From contig CBDBHH010000005.1 in assembly GCA_965205535.1 (NCBI GenBank), forward strand, positions 2,317,773 to 2,381,772: a stretch of 64,000 bases of DNA. The letters are read 5' to 3'. This document shows positions 26,793 to 36,761 of the stretch, piece by piece. The notes under the pieces were generated by a model, which ran no database searches, was not told the origin of the DNA, and saw only the letters and a list, made by a program, of their open reading frames with translations. The translations under genes and the position numbers were made by a program. This DNA is from Alphaproteobacteria bacterium. Its GTDB lineage: Bacteria > Pseudomonadota > Alphaproteobacteria > UBA6615. How positions within the stretch are numbered: the first letter of the stretch is position 1; each line of letters starts with the position of its first letter.

Positions 26793-27557
26793 CAGGCTGA
26801 GGAACACATCCTCGTCGCTCGGTGTGTCGGGCAGGTCCGGGAACTTCGCCTTAATGCCGGCGACGACGCCCGCGCTGTCGAGGCGCATGAAGGTGTTCAC
26901 CTTCCGCTCCATGCCCAGCGTCGTCACAAGTGCGTCGTCGGGATCCTGACCCTCGACGTCGGCCAGAAGGGCTTTTGCGTCTGCGTTGTCGGGCTCGCGG
27001 TCGAGGGTGAACTGCAGATTGTTCGTGATGTAGTCATGCCCGGGGTAAATTCGCGTGGCGTCCGGCAGTTTCGAGATTTTGTCCCGAAAGGTCGCGTACA
27101 GCACGTTCGGGTCGCCCGAGTGGCAATGGCCCACACCGGCGTTGAACACGGTGTCGCCGCACAGCAGGTGTGGTTCGTCATTCTCGCCGAACAGCGAGAT
27201 ATGGATCGGGGTGTGCCCCGGGGTCTCGATGACTTCCAGGTCGACCGTGTTTCCGAGTTTCAGATGGTCACCCTCGCGCACGCCTTCGTCGATTCTCGGG
27301 ATGCGGTTGCCGGAATTGTACGGCGCGATCAGCTTGGCGCCAGTTGCCGCAATCACGTCGTCGTTGCCGGCGATATGGTCGGCATGTTCGTGGGTGTTGA
27401 AAACGCGGGTGATGTCCCAGCCCTTGTCCTTGGCCACGGCCAGACATTTGGGCGGGTCGATCGGATCAATGGCCATGGCTTCGCCCGTGTCCGAGCATGC
27501 GACCATGTAGAAGAAGTTGCGGCCCGAATTCCCGGTCCATATCTGTTCGACGATCAT
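26769..27557 (-). CDS. gloB: hydroxyacylglutathione hydrolase (glyoxalase II, MBL fold)
   Basis: THEHADHIAGN metal-binding motif, 262 aa, GloB-like C-terminal domain. Confidence 0.85.
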   Translation of the reverse strand: MIVEQIWTGNSGRNFFYMVACSDTGEAMAIDPIDPPKCLAVAKDKGWDITRVFNTHEHADHIAGNDDVIAATGAKLIAPYNSGNRIPRIDEGVREGDHLKLGNTVDLEVIETPGHTPIHISLFGENDEPHLLCGDTVFNAGVGHCHSGDPNVLYATFRDKISKLPDATRIYPGHDYITNNLQFTLDREPDNADAKALLADVEGQDPDDALVTTLGMERKVNTFMRLDSAGVVAGIKAKFPDLPDTPSDEDVFLSLRLLRNDW

Positions 27558-27636
27558 GTCTCTACCCCGTGATTTGTCCTGTTGGCCTCAACATACGCCG
27601 CCACCGGTACCTAGGCTAGGTTCCGGCGAACGGGAA

Positions 27637-28728
27637 TCAGTCGATCATGCCGCGCTTGCGCATGAGCTTGAACAGCAGTGGCACCAGCATCACCACGACG
27701 GTGATGCGTACGATATGGTGGGTCGCGACGAACGCCGTATCGACATTAAGTGCCAGCGCCACGAGGCTCATTTCTGTCAATCCGCCCGGTGAGAAGGCGA
27801 GCACGAGGGATTCGAACGGTATCCCCGTCAGCGCGTTCAGGCCGACGGCAAAAGCTCCTGTGATGGTCAGCAGAATGATCGTTGCAATCCCTCCCAGCCG
27901 CAGCACACGTCCCAGATCGCGGTAAGTCAGCCCCGCGAACCGCGCGCCAACCGAAGCGCCGAGCAGAATTTGCGCGGCGGCCACCACGATGACCGGCGGC
28001 GCGGCGTGCGTCAGGCCCAACAGATGCACCGTCGCACTGGCGACCATCGGGCCCGCCAGATGCGGCGCGGGCAGCCGCAGGAATCGTGCGACATAGAGCC
28101 CGACGATGGCGCTCCCGGCGAGCATCATGAAATCGCTGACGGTGAGCGGCGCCCCGTCACCCGAGAATGTCCGCAAGCCGGGATCGAAGTCCTCGATCAG
28201 GCGAAACAGGAAGGGCAGGATCATCACCACGAGGAAGATACGTGTTGTGTGCGCGACGCTGACCTGGCGTTCATCGCCGCCCATCGATCCCGTCAGCGTC
28301 ACCATTTCGTTCAGCCCGCCGGGCACCCCGGAAAAGAAGGCGGTCTTGGGTTCGAACCCGGCGATGCGGAAATAGATGTACCCCGTCACCGTGCTAAGGA
28401 GCACATAGCCGGCCAGCGAGACGAGCGTGATAGGCCAGAGGGCCGCCCGGTCCAGGATCTCGGGTGAGAACGCGCTGCCGAGCAATACCCCCAGCACGAT
28501 GATCATCAGGGTGCGCAACCGAACATCCATGTTCGTCTCGATCCGCATCAACGTGACCGACCCGGTGGCCATCATCGCACCCAGCATCCAGGGCAGCGGC
28601 AGATTGAGGGCGTTGAATATGGCGCCGCCGACAAAGGCGATCGCGACCGTCCGCATGAACACCGGCATATCCGCTCGCTTCAGGCGACGGACCGGGATGA
28701 TCTCTGGTGACGGCTGCGTATCAGACAT
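27637..28728 (-). CDS. AbrB-family membrane protein (putative ammonia monooxygenase-like duplicated AbrB domains)
   Basis: 363 aa polytopic membrane protein with two similar halves (PF05145-like). Confidence 0.65.
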   Translation of the reverse strand: MSDTQPSPEIIPVRRLKRADMPVFMRTVAIAFVGGAIFNALNLPLPWMLGAMMATGSVTLMRIETNMDVRLRTLMIIVLGVLLGSAFSPEILDRAALWPITLVSLAGYVLLSTVTGYIYFRIAGFEPKTAFFSGVPGGLNEMVTLTGSMGGDERQVSVAHTTRIFLVVMILPFLFRLIEDFDPGLRTFSGDGAPLTVSDFMMLAGSAIVGLYVARFLRLPAPHLAGPMVASATVHLLGLTHAAPPVIVVAAAQILLGASVGARFAGLTYRDLGRVLRLGGIATIILLTITGAFAVGLNALTGIPFESLVLAFSPGGLTEMSLVALALNVDTAFVATHHIVRITVVVMLVPLLFKLMRKRGMID

Positions 28729-29719
28729 CGAAGCGCTTCTCGATCTGGTGCTGGCGACCCAGTCGAACCGCGGTTTGTCCGGCAGTCGGTTGGCGCGATG
28801 GCATGATCAGGACGCAATCGTCATAGGGTGTGCGTATGGGAGACATGCCGTCGTGGGCGATCACCGTGCCACGATCCGCGATCACCTCCATGCCAACGAA
28901 AGGTTTGGTGAATTGCGCATTGCGATGGCGCGGAATGAAACTTCCGGTCACCTCGATCCAGTGCTTCGGCGTGTCGTCCGCCAACAGGTAATCGGCCGCC
29001 ACCGACGCCGTGGTCATGCCGGACGCCAGCAGGAAACGGTAGGCGGTATCGATGGCCGTCGTTTCCGTTTCGGCCTTCCAGTGCTGACCGCATTCCGCGA
29101 GGACAGATTTCTGCGGTTGGCCCGGGGTGTTGAACGGACCAAAGTCCCGCAGCCGTGTTCCATTGGCGTGCCCGGTGTCGCAAACAATCACGGCCGGGCT
29201 TGAAAGGCTGTGAGAAAAGCTTCGGCCCTTCTCGCCAGGCCCTGCGAGCAACAGGGCGGGGCTTTCCGATTGCATGGAGTGCAGATCAAGCAACAGGTCG
29301 ACGGTTTCGAAGAACGGTCGCAGAGCCTGTACACGCATGCCTTCAACGGATGCGCGTTCGACGGCTTGGTCGATGTTGGTACCCCAAAGTCGGTTCATGT
29401 CATGGTCGACATACCGCGACGCACTCGGGTTGTGCCGGTCGAATTTTTCATAGGCCACAACGTTGGCGAAAACCATTGAGAGCGTGCCGGAAGCAGGTCG
29501 TAAATAGCTGCGCAGGAGGTGGTCCAGAGCCAGGGCGCCCGATATTTCGTTGCCATGGGTCAGCGCCACGATCGCGGCGTGGGGCCCCGGGCGACCGCTG
29601 CGGAAGCTGGTCACATAGGGGATGCCGGTGTTTCCCGCTCGGTAAGCCGAAATATCCGGTGGTTCGAGTTCCACCCTGTCGGCGTTGCCGGCGTGCATCG
29701 AAGTGCGGCCGGCGCTCAT
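28721..29719 (-). CDS. succinylglutamate desuccinylase/aspartoacylase family protein
   Basis: AstE/AspA family Zn-carboxypeptidase-like motifs (HGNE..., ...DLH...); start overlaps the nadK stop (TAATG). Confidence 0.75.
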   Translation of the reverse strand: MSAGRTSMHAGNADRVELEPPDISAYRAGNTGIPYVTSFRSGRPGPHAAIVALTHGNEISGALALDHLLRSYLRPASGTLSMVFANVVAYEKFDRHNPSASRYVDHDMNRLWGTNIDQAVERASVEGMRVQALRPFFETVDLLLDLHSMQSESPALLLAGPGEKGRSFSHSLSSPAVIVCDTGHANGTRLRDFGPFNTPGQPQKSVLAECGQHWKAETETTAIDTAYRFLLASGMTTASVAADYLLADDTPKHWIEVTGSFIPRHRNAQFTKPFVGMEVIADRGTVIAHDGMSPIRTPYDDCVLIMPSRQPTAGQTAVRLGRQHQIEKRFDV

Positions 29720-30525
29720 TATGGCGCGAACTGTTCCTTGAGGATCCGTTCCTCGAGGTTGGTCTCCGGATCGAAGAGGATTTCGAAACTTCGTGTCCGG
29801 TCCTCCCGGATGCTGACCTCGACGACGTTGCGGACTTCGAAATCATCGGCAGTCGCGCTGACCGGTCGCTTCTCGGCTTCGAGAATGCGGAAGACGACGT
29901 CGGCGTCGTGGGGCAGCAATGCGCCGCGCCAGCGTCTCGGCCGAAATGCGCTGATCGGCGTGAGCGCCAGGATTTCCGCGCTGAGAGGGATGATCGGACC
30001 GTGCGCGGATAGATTATAGGCCGTGCTGCCCGCCGGGGTGGAGACCAGCGCGCCGTCGCAGATCAGTTCCGGCATGCGTACGACACCGTCGACCAGGATT
30101 TCGAGTTTGGCTGCCTGATAGGTCTCGCGCAGCAGGGAGACTTCGTTGATGGCCACGGATTCCTGAGTGCTGCCTCCGACCGTCTTGGCGATCATTTGCA
30201 GCGGATACAGGGTCACGGCCTGGGAGTTTTTCAGTCGATCGGGCAGGTCCTCGGGCCTGAATTCATTCATGAGGAAGCCGACCGAACCGCGGTTGAGGCC
30301 GAATACGGGCACGCTGCTGTCGATGAAGCGACGCAGGGTCTGCAACATAAAACCGTCACCACCCAGTGCCACGACCACGTCGGCATCTTCCGGTGCGACA
30401 TTGTCATAGGTTGACGTCAGGCTCTTCAGCGTCTCTTGGGCGGCGTCAAAGTTTGCTGCGACGAATGCGATACGATCGGCTCTGATTTCGCTCGCCTTGT
30501 CGGATGTTGCTTGGGACACGGTCAT
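29719..30525 (-). CDS. nadK: NAD kinase
   Basis: GGDGFML and NEVS...[18 protein letters not shown] motifs. Confidence 0.85.
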   Translation of the reverse strand: MTVSQATSDKASEIRADRIAFVAANFDAAQETLKSLTSTYDNVAPEDADVVVALGGDGFMLQTLRRFIDSSVPVFGLNRGSVGFLMNEFRPEDLPDRLKNSQAVTLYPLQMIAKTVGGSTQESVAINEVSLLRETYQAAKLEILVDGVVRMPELICDGALVSTPAGSTAYNLSAHGPIIPLSAEILALTPISAFRPRRWRGALLPHDADVVFRILEAEKRPVSATADDFEVRNVVEVSIREDRTRSFEILFDPETNLEERILKEQFAP

Positions 30526-30689
30526 GCACGCGGGTAACAGGGTTTGGCCGTCGGCCGGGGAAAATGCAGTATATCGTAGGGATATGGTGACAAACCAGCC
30601 GTAGTCACGCTAACGACGTCACGGTATCCACGTCATGCCAGCGTGTTGCGGGACCAGATGCCGCTCCAGTTTCCGAAGGACGAACGCCA

Positions 30690-31088
30690 ATGAAGTTCTA
30701 TCGTTTGATGACCATAACGTTGGTCGCCGGGTTGGCAGTGCCAGCGTTCGGGATGTCTGCCCACGCCCAGTCGAATGACCGTCATGTCGGATACTATTAT
30801 CCCGCGCCAGCGACGTTTGAGGTTTACGAAGTCCGGGTCCCGATTCTGCCGGGCAGCGACCGCCGGCGCCGTGTCGGTTTCGTCACCGTCATGACGAACG
30901 AGATGCTTAAGAATCCCTACCCGCCGGAGTTCGCGATTTTGACAGCCATCGCGCGTGGCACACCATTCTTCCAGGAACAGCCTGAATCCGACCGCTTCAC
31001 ATTCTTCGATCTTGCGAAGCTTTTGGGGTTTAGCCAGATCACCTACACCGACGGGGCGTCATTCGCACATCAGATAGAACTTCGGTGA
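30690..31088 (+). CDS. hypothetical secreted protein (signal peptide)
   Basis: MKFYRLMTITLVAGLAVPAFGMSAHAQ signal sequence; 132 aa. Confidence 0.5.
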   Translation: MKFYRLMTITLVAGLAVPAFGMSAHAQSNDRHVGYYYPAPATFEVYEVRVPILPGSDRRRRVGFVTVMTNEMLKNPYPPEFAILTAIARGTPFFQEQPESDRFTFFDLAKLLGFSQITYTDGASFAHQIELR

Positions 31089-31095
31089 AGTGCTG

Positions 31096-33516
31096 CTAGG
31101 CGCCGAATGAACGCAGCGTGCGCGCAACGTCACGGTGTTTGCCTTCGATCGCGTAATCGAGCGCCGATTTTCCGTTGCCGTCTTTCAAGCCCGCACGTGC
31201 GCCGGATTCGATCAGCAGACGCACGATCGTATCATGGCCGTTCCATGCGGCCCGCATCAGGGGTGTAAGTCCGTCGCCATCGATCACATTGGGGCGCGCG
31301 CCGGCCTCGACGAGCTTCTGCACGATATCCTTGTGACCGTTGCTCGCGGCCCAGGATACGGCTGTGCGGCCGTCATAATCCGTGACGTTGAAGTCTGCGC
31401 CCAGTTCGACAAGAAGATCGACAACTTCGGTTCGTCCGCGCCATGAAGCATTGATAACGGCGGTGCGCCCCGATGTGTCGTTGCCCTCGAGGTCGGCGCC
31501 GCGTGATAGCAATTCGGCGATCTTCGCCGTATTGCCGGCCGCCGCCGCGTCGAGCAGTTCATCGCGCAGCCCGTCACCTGACGAACCCCGTGCGCGCGGC
31601 TGAGCGACCGCATCGAGCAGACGTTTGTATTCCCGCGCCAATCGACGGGAATCGGCGATCTCTCTCGGCGCCATCTGGCGTTCGAGGACCGGCAGGATTT
31701 CATTCGCCTCTTCGCTGCCCTGCGCCGCGGCCAGATCGAAGAAAACATGAGACTGGACCGTATCCTGGGGCACGATACGTCCGTCGGCGAATAATGCGCC
31801 GAGCATGAGTTGCGCTTCCTCATCGCCGCGTTCGGCGGCGTTACGAAGCAGTTCGATCAGCTCATCGGGATCGCTTCCGTCGACGAGGCCGAGAACGTAG
31901 CGCTTCGCGAGTTTGGTCTGTGCCTGTGCCAAACCGGCTTCTGCGGCCTTCTCCAGAATTTCGTTGGTGCGCTGGGTGCCGGGATCGGGAACACCGCCAA
32001 TCGTGTCGAAGGGACTGGGGTCGGAAAAGGCGCGCGCGAATGTTTCGTCCTCGCCTGCGATTGCCGCGATGACCTTGGCGAGCGGGTCGTCTTCGCCGTC
32101 GCGCAGTGCGGGCCTGTCGAATTCGTTGGTTTCGGGCGCACGGAAAGCCTCGCCGGGCTTTACGGCTGCGATCTCTGTGCCGGCCAGGTCGGAATCCTCG
32201 GATTTTTCAGCCCGCTCCAGTTCGCTTTCCGGTGCGCCGTCTCTCACTTCTTCGGATTTCCGCGCAAGCAGAGGTGCGTCGGCCAGACCCTCGGCGACCT
32301 TTACCTGTCGCTGGGGGGTATCCTCATTCTGGCCGATCAGCCCGTCTTCCTGTTCGGTCACACCGGCGAGCTTCGAGCCGATGCGAGCCAAAGAGGTTCC
32401 GACTTCCTCGGGTTCTCGTAGTTGCTGATGGTCCTTGATCTGCGGTGCGGGCGTGAGGGCACCCGGAATACCCTTGAGCGGCACCGCCACGGTCTGTTGC
32501 GCCTGGGCCGTGATATCGGCCGGGATCGGTTCATTCTTTGGTTTCACTTCCGGACCGGCGTCGGGCAGGCCAGGCTGGCCGGTTGCGGCCTGAACGGCCG
32601 TGGTTTGTTCGGATGCTTCGGCCACGCCGGTCGGGTCTTCATCCTGGTTGATCGCAGCGGTGGTCTGTGTCGGGGCCAATGAATTCTCGTTTGCGACCGG
32701 CACGGTGTCCGGGAGGCCGCCCTCGACGTCCGCTTTCGCCGCTGCGGTGCCGCTGGTAGCTGAGTTTTCGCCGATTTCGGGGGCGATGGCCTTGGTCGGG
32801 TCGATTGTGCTCTGACGACCCTCGGCGCTCTCACCGTCCTCCGGGGCATCGGGATCGCCGGCGCGCTCTGCGTCGGGTTCGACAGTTGGTTCGGTTTCGT
32901 CGAGCGCGGCAAGCTGTGCCAGCGCTTCGCCTGCCGTCTCAGCGGAAATCGGTGCGGGTATATCGGTGGGGCCGGCTTCGCGTGCCGGGTCGGCCTCGAC
33001 GACTTCCTGATCGGGCTCGGGTTCGGGCCGGAGGTTAACGAAAATTATGATCTCGCGTGTGGCTTCACCCACTTCTTCTGCATCACCCGTGTCGCCTTCG
33101 TCCTCACGTTCGCCCTCGAGGCTGGCCTCCTTGGCCTGATCCTCGCCCTGGCCGGCGCCGCCGGCAGGCTCGTTCAGCTGGCGAAGGGCATCGGGCGAAC
33201 CGCGCCGCGTGTCGGTCTGGGATGATTCGCCGACTTCGTCGAAGCCGAAATCGCCGCTGGTAAGGCTGTCGACATCGTCATCGGGATCGACGCCGGAAGC
33301 ATTTTCATCCTCGATGGTCTCGCCCGGGGTGTCGGTCAGCGCGCCGGTCGAGAACTTGCTCTGGAATTCATTGCTTTCCTCATAGGACAGGACGTCGCGG
33401 GTGGCGCCGCGACCGAAACGGTCTCCGAAGGCCAGTTCGATGGCGGGCAGAGTACCCAGCGATGCTGCCACAATGACAACATGGACGATGCCCGAAGTGC
33501 CGGTCGAGAAATACAT
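31096..33516 (-). CDS. membrane-anchored ankyrin-repeat/Sel1-repeat protein with a ~500-aa acidic low-complexity linker
   Basis: N-terminal TM helix (GIVHVVIVAASLGTLPAIELAF), long D/E/P-rich region, Sel1-like repeat (AQTKLAKRYVLGL...GDEEAQLMLGALF), and C-terminal ankyrin repeats (GRTAVINASWRGRTEVVDLLVELGADFN..., GLTPLMRAAWNGHDTIVRLLIESGA...). Confidence 0.75.
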   Translation of the reverse strand: MYFSTGTSGIVHVVIVAASLGTLPAIELAFGDRFGRGATRDVLSYEESNEFQSKFSTGALTDTPGETIEDENASGVDPDDDVDSLTSGDFGFDEVGESSQTDTRRGSPDALRQLNEPAGGAGQGEDQAKEASLEGEREDEGDTGDAEEVGEATREIIIFVNLRPEPEPDQEVVEADPAREAGPTDIPAPISAETAGEALAQLAALDETEPTVEPDAERAGDPDAPEDGESAEGRQSTIDPTKAIAPEIGENSATSGTAAAKADVEGGLPDTVPVANENSLAPTQTTAAINQDEDPTGVAEASEQTTAVQAATGQPGLPDAGPEVKPKNEPIPADITAQAQQTVAVPLKGIPGALTPAPQIKDHQQLREPEEVGTSLARIGSKLAGVTEQEDGLIGQNEDTPQRQVKVAEGLADAPLLARKSEEVRDGAPESELERAEKSEDSDLAGTEIAAVKPGEAFRAPETNEFDRPALRDGEDDPLAKVIAAIAGEDETFARAFSDPSPFDTIGGVPDPGTQRTNEILEKAAEAGLAQAQTKLAKRYVLGLVDGSDPDELIELLRNAAERGDEEAQLMLGALFADGRIVPQDTVQSHVFFDLAAAQGSEEANEILPVLERQMAPREIADSRRLAREYKRLLDAVAQPRARGSSGDGLRDELLDAAAAGNTAKIAELLSRGADLEGNDTSGRTAVINASWRGRTEVVDLLVELGADFNVTDYDGRTAVSWAASNGHKDIVQKLVEAGARPNVIDGDGLTPLMRAAWNGHDTIVRLLIESGARAGLKDGNGKSALDYAIEGKHRDVARTLRSFGA

Positions 33517-33534
33517 GTCGGGGCGCTACCCTGA

Positions 33535-34581
33535 CTAGCCGCCCGTCACGCTCATGTGACGGCCGACCGCCGGAGCATTGTGGCGTCGATCGATGACGAA
33601 ATCATGGCCCTTCGGTTTGCGGCCGATGGCTTCATGGATGGCTTCCGTCAGGAGGGCGTCGTCTTCGCTGGCCCGCAAGGGTGCGCGCAAATCCGCCGCA
33701 TCATCCTGCCCGAGGCACATGAACAAAGTGCCGGTGCAGGTCAGGCGAACCCGGTTGCAGGATTCGCAGAAATTGTGGGTCAGCGGGGTGATGAAACCCA
33801 ACCGCTGGCCGGTTTCGGCCAGTTCGAAGTAGCGTGCCGGGCCGCCGGTCGAATGATCGGATTCGGTCAGGGTCCAGCGTTCCGCGAGGTCGCTCCGGAC
33901 CATCGAGAGCGGGAGATACTGGTCGAGCCGCTGCTCGCCAATCTCGCCCATCGGCATGACTTCGATGAAGGTCAGGTCGAAATCACATTCACCACACCAG
34001 TTGATCAGGCGATCGATCTCGTCATCGTTCACGCCGCGCAGTGCGACCGTGTTGATCTTGATCGCCAGGCCGGCCTTGCGGGCGGCAGCAACGCCGTCGA
34101 GCACCTGGTCGAGGTCGCCCCACCGGGTGATCGCCTTGAACTTCACGGGATCGAGCGTGTCGAGGGAGATGTTGATCCGGCGAACGCCGGCATCCGCGAG
34201 GTCGTCTGCATAACGCGCCAGCTGCGTGCCGTTCGACGTCAGCGTCAGTTCGTCCAGTGCGCCGGTATCGAGGTGACGGCCAAGGCGCCGGATCAGCCAC
34301 ATGATGTTTTTGCGTACCAGCGGTTCGCCGCCGGTCAGGCGCAGTTTCCGCACACCCAGATCGACAAATGTGCTGCACAGCCGGTCCAGTTCTTCCAGGG
34401 ACAGGATCTCGGCCTTGGGCAGGAAGGTCATATCTTCCGCCATGCAATACACGCAGCGGAGGTCGCACCTGTCCGTGACCGAGACCCGCAAATAGTCGAT
34501 TGGCCGCGCATACGGGTCAATCAACGCCGGTTCGGTTGGTGCCTTCTGGGAATTCGCGTTTTTAGACAGTTCAGTGCTCAT
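33535..34581 (-). CDS. moaA: GTP 3',8-cyclase (molybdenum cofactor biosynthesis protein A)
   Basis: Radical-SAM CDLRCVYC motif, C-terminal second cluster [13 protein letters not shown], and GG tail; start at MSTELSKN. Confidence 0.85.
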   Translation of the reverse strand: MSTELSKNANSQKAPTEPALIDPYARPIDYLRVSVTDRCDLRCVYCMAEDMTFLPKAEILSLEELDRLCSTFVDLGVRKLRLTGGEPLVRKNIMWLIRRLGRHLDTGALDELTLTSNGTQLARYADDLADAGVRRINISLDTLDPVKFKAITRWGDLDQVLDGVAAARKAGLAIKINTVALRGVNDDEIDRLINWCGECDFDLTFIEVMPMGEIGEQRLDQYLPLSMVRSDLAERWTLTESDHSTGGPARYFELAETGQRLGFITPLTHNFCESCNRVRLTCTGTLFMCLGQDDAADLRAPLRASEDDALLTEAIHEAIGRKPKGHDFVIDRRHNAPAVGRHMSVTGG

Positions 34582-34756
34582 GCTTGTGTATGTAGTACAT
34601 TTCGCGAACGGTATGTAGGGCACGATCCGCGTCAATTCGGCCTTATCGGCGTAAAAGTGCATACTTCCGGCGCTTTTTGCGTCGAATAGTCAATTCTCTT
34701 CAGTATCAAAGAAGCATGTTTCGTGCCACGCACGGCGTTCATGCCGCAGCATCAGG

Positions 34757-35887
34757 TCATGGTGACGGCGGCTTTGGCCTGTCACGCGGTATCGGGACGT
34801 CTATCCCACGCGCCAGTCCAAGCGGTGGCGGTCGATCGGGTATGCTCGGCTTGATCCGCGGTCGCGGCCCGGCGATGTCTGCCCAATCAACAACCGAGCG
34901 TTGGCCGAGGGCGGTTTCGCGTTCAAGAGCCGCTATATCGATACGGGCACGCGCGTCCTGATTGACCACCAGATGGGATGCCCGCGCGCGTTCGAAGGGC
35001 GCGCGTGAGGCAGCATCATCCTCCAGAATTCGTGCGACGAGATTGCCGAGCTGGACACCGATCCCGAAGGGTTCCACGACCATTGCTGCCAGCGCGCCAC
35101 GAACCACGCTGTCCTCGTCATTTGCAAACAGCGGAAGTTTTCGGGTCTCGGCCGCGGCGGCAAGCGCCTCGACCGGGGCGTTCGACAACAGGTCCCGGTC
35201 CAGAAGGATGACGCTGGTTTTCGGGTCGAGTTCCGAGATCCTGTTGCTGACGGCGTTTTGAAGCACCGAAACCGGCAGCGGCATGATCGACAGTCCCTTG
35301 CGTCGCGCGGTTGCGGTCAGCGCACGCAAACGGGTTTGCATGTTCCCGTCGATCGGGTCCACCGGCACGGCGACTGTCTTGGTTTCCGGTGCCAGTTTCC
35401 GGATCAGGTCGAGCTGTTCGTTGTGGGTGTCGCCGGACACGATGCCGGTTACCGTCCGGCGACGTCGCGTGCGTTTATGGGCTTCTGCTGTCTCGAGAGA
35501 GACCCCGGCCACCACCAGCGGGAGGCGCGAATTTGCTGCCACGGCCGCTTCGATCGATGGACCGGAGATCGCGACCAGAATGTCGGCACCGCGCCGTACG
35601 AACGCGCGCACCTGTTCCGTTGCGCGCGTGGCGTCTGCCCCGGCGTCGGCGATTTCGATGGTGATCGTATCACCGGGCCAGCGGTCACGTTGCGCAAGTT
35701 GATCGCGCATTCCGTCGATGATCGCCTGGGTTTCTGCGCTACTGGTGATTGTCGTCACCGCAATGAACGGCGTTTTCTTTTCCGCGTCGCGGTCCTGGGC
35801 GTGCACAACACCGCCGCTCGCGAACAAGGCGATGAGCATAATCGCGAGTGCAGCAATGATTCTCCGGGAAGATGAGATTCCGACCAT
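34757..35887 (-). CDS. ABC transporter substrate-binding protein (ABC_sub_bind/PF04392-like)
   Basis: Signal/TM start MVGISSSRRIIAALAIMLIALFASGG; periplasmic-binding fold pattern. Family assignment is tentative. Confidence 0.55.
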   Translation of the reverse strand: MVGISSSRRIIAALAIMLIALFASGGVVHAQDRDAEKKTPFIAVTTITSSAETQAIIDGMRDQLAQRDRWPGDTITIEIADAGADATRATEQVRAFVRRGADILVAISGPSIEAAVAANSRLPLVVAGVSLETAEAHKRTRRRRTVTGIVSGDTHNEQLDLIRKLAPETKTVAVPVDPIDGNMQTRLRALTATARRKGLSIMPLPVSVLQNAVSNRISELDPKTSVILLDRDLLSNAPVEALAAAAETRKLPLFANDEDSVVRGALAAMVVEPFGIGVQLGNLVARILEDDAASRAPFERARASHLVVNQDARARIDIAALERETALGQRSVVDWADIAGPRPRIKPSIPDRPPPLGLARGIDVPIPRDRPKPPSP

Positions 35888-35939
35888 ATCGACAGCGTGG
35901 CGGTGTCGGTTTGGCACGTCAATCATGGCCTTTCGCGGC

Positions 35940-36761
35940 CTACCGGACGGGTGCGAAGGGTGGTTCGCCGTCGACCCGGAAGTCGCCGATAAAGGATTGC
36001 CCCACCGGTCCGGTCAGCCAGTCCACGAACTTCTGGGCCGACGTCGCGGCAACATGGGGGTGGCGTTCGGGATTGACCGGGATGATGGCGTAAGGGTTGG
36101 CCAGATGTGGGCCGCCCTCAAACAGCACATCGAGATCGCCGCGATTGGCGAAATTCGTCCAGGAGCCGCTTTCGGTGAAGGTGTAGGCGAACAGCACGCT
36201 CGCCATGTTCAAGGTCGCGCCCATGCCCGATCCGGTCTCCCGGTACCAGCGGGCGCGATCGATCCACGGCGTCTGTTTCGCCAGACCCCAAAGGCCCCGC
36301 TCCGCGGCGTTGGTGCCGCTTTCATCACCGCGCGAAATAAAGCCGAACTCGCCGTCCGCGATCCGGGCCAATGCTGTTGCAGCGTCCGGCGCGTTGCGGA
36401 CATTCGCCGGGTCGTTCCCGGGGCCGACGATCAGGAACCGGCTGGTCATCACCGGGTGGCGGGCAACGCCGTCGCCGCCCGCAACGAAGGCCGCCTCGGC
36501 CCGGGGGTGATGAACCAGAACCGCGTCGAAATCACCGCTGCGCCCGAGCTGGAGGATCGCGCCGGTGCCGCGAATGACCGCGCGCACCTCGATTCCGGTC
36601 TCGTCGTAAAACGCATCGAGCAGGGGGGCGAGCAGGCCGGAATTGTCGACCGACGTGGTGGTACCGAGTAACAGCGTGCTGTCATCGTCTGCCGCCATGG
36701 CCCGAGCGGGCGCCAGCAACATGATCGCGACAATGCTTATGCGGGCCCATTGCACTACCAC
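35940..36761 (-). CDS. tupA: tungstate/molybdate ABC transporter substrate-binding protein (TupA-like)
   Basis: Signal peptide and PBP-like domain (GTTTSVDNSGLL...) typical of TupA/WtpA. Confidence 0.7.
   Translation of the reverse strand: MVVQWARISIVAIMLLAPARAMAADDDSTLLLGTTTSVDNSGLLAPLLDAFYDETGIEVRAVIRGTGAILQLGRSGDFDAVLVHHPRAEAAFVAGGDGVARHPVMTSRFLIVGPGNDPANVRNAPDAATALARIADGEFGFISRGDESGTNAAERGLWGLAKQTPWIDRARWYRETGSGMGATLNMASVLFAYTFTESGSWTNFANRGDLDVLFEGGPHLANPYAIIPVNPERHPHVAATSAQKFVDWLTGPVGQSFIGDFRVDGEPPFAPVR

Noticed and set aside
26463-27572. 369-aa plus-strand ORF.
   Set aside because: Antisense to gloB (clear MBL-fold motifs) and to the acyltransferase 5' end.
33556-34689. 377-aa plus-strand ORF.
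   Set aside because: Antisense to moaA (radical-SAM CxxxCxxC motif on the minus strand).
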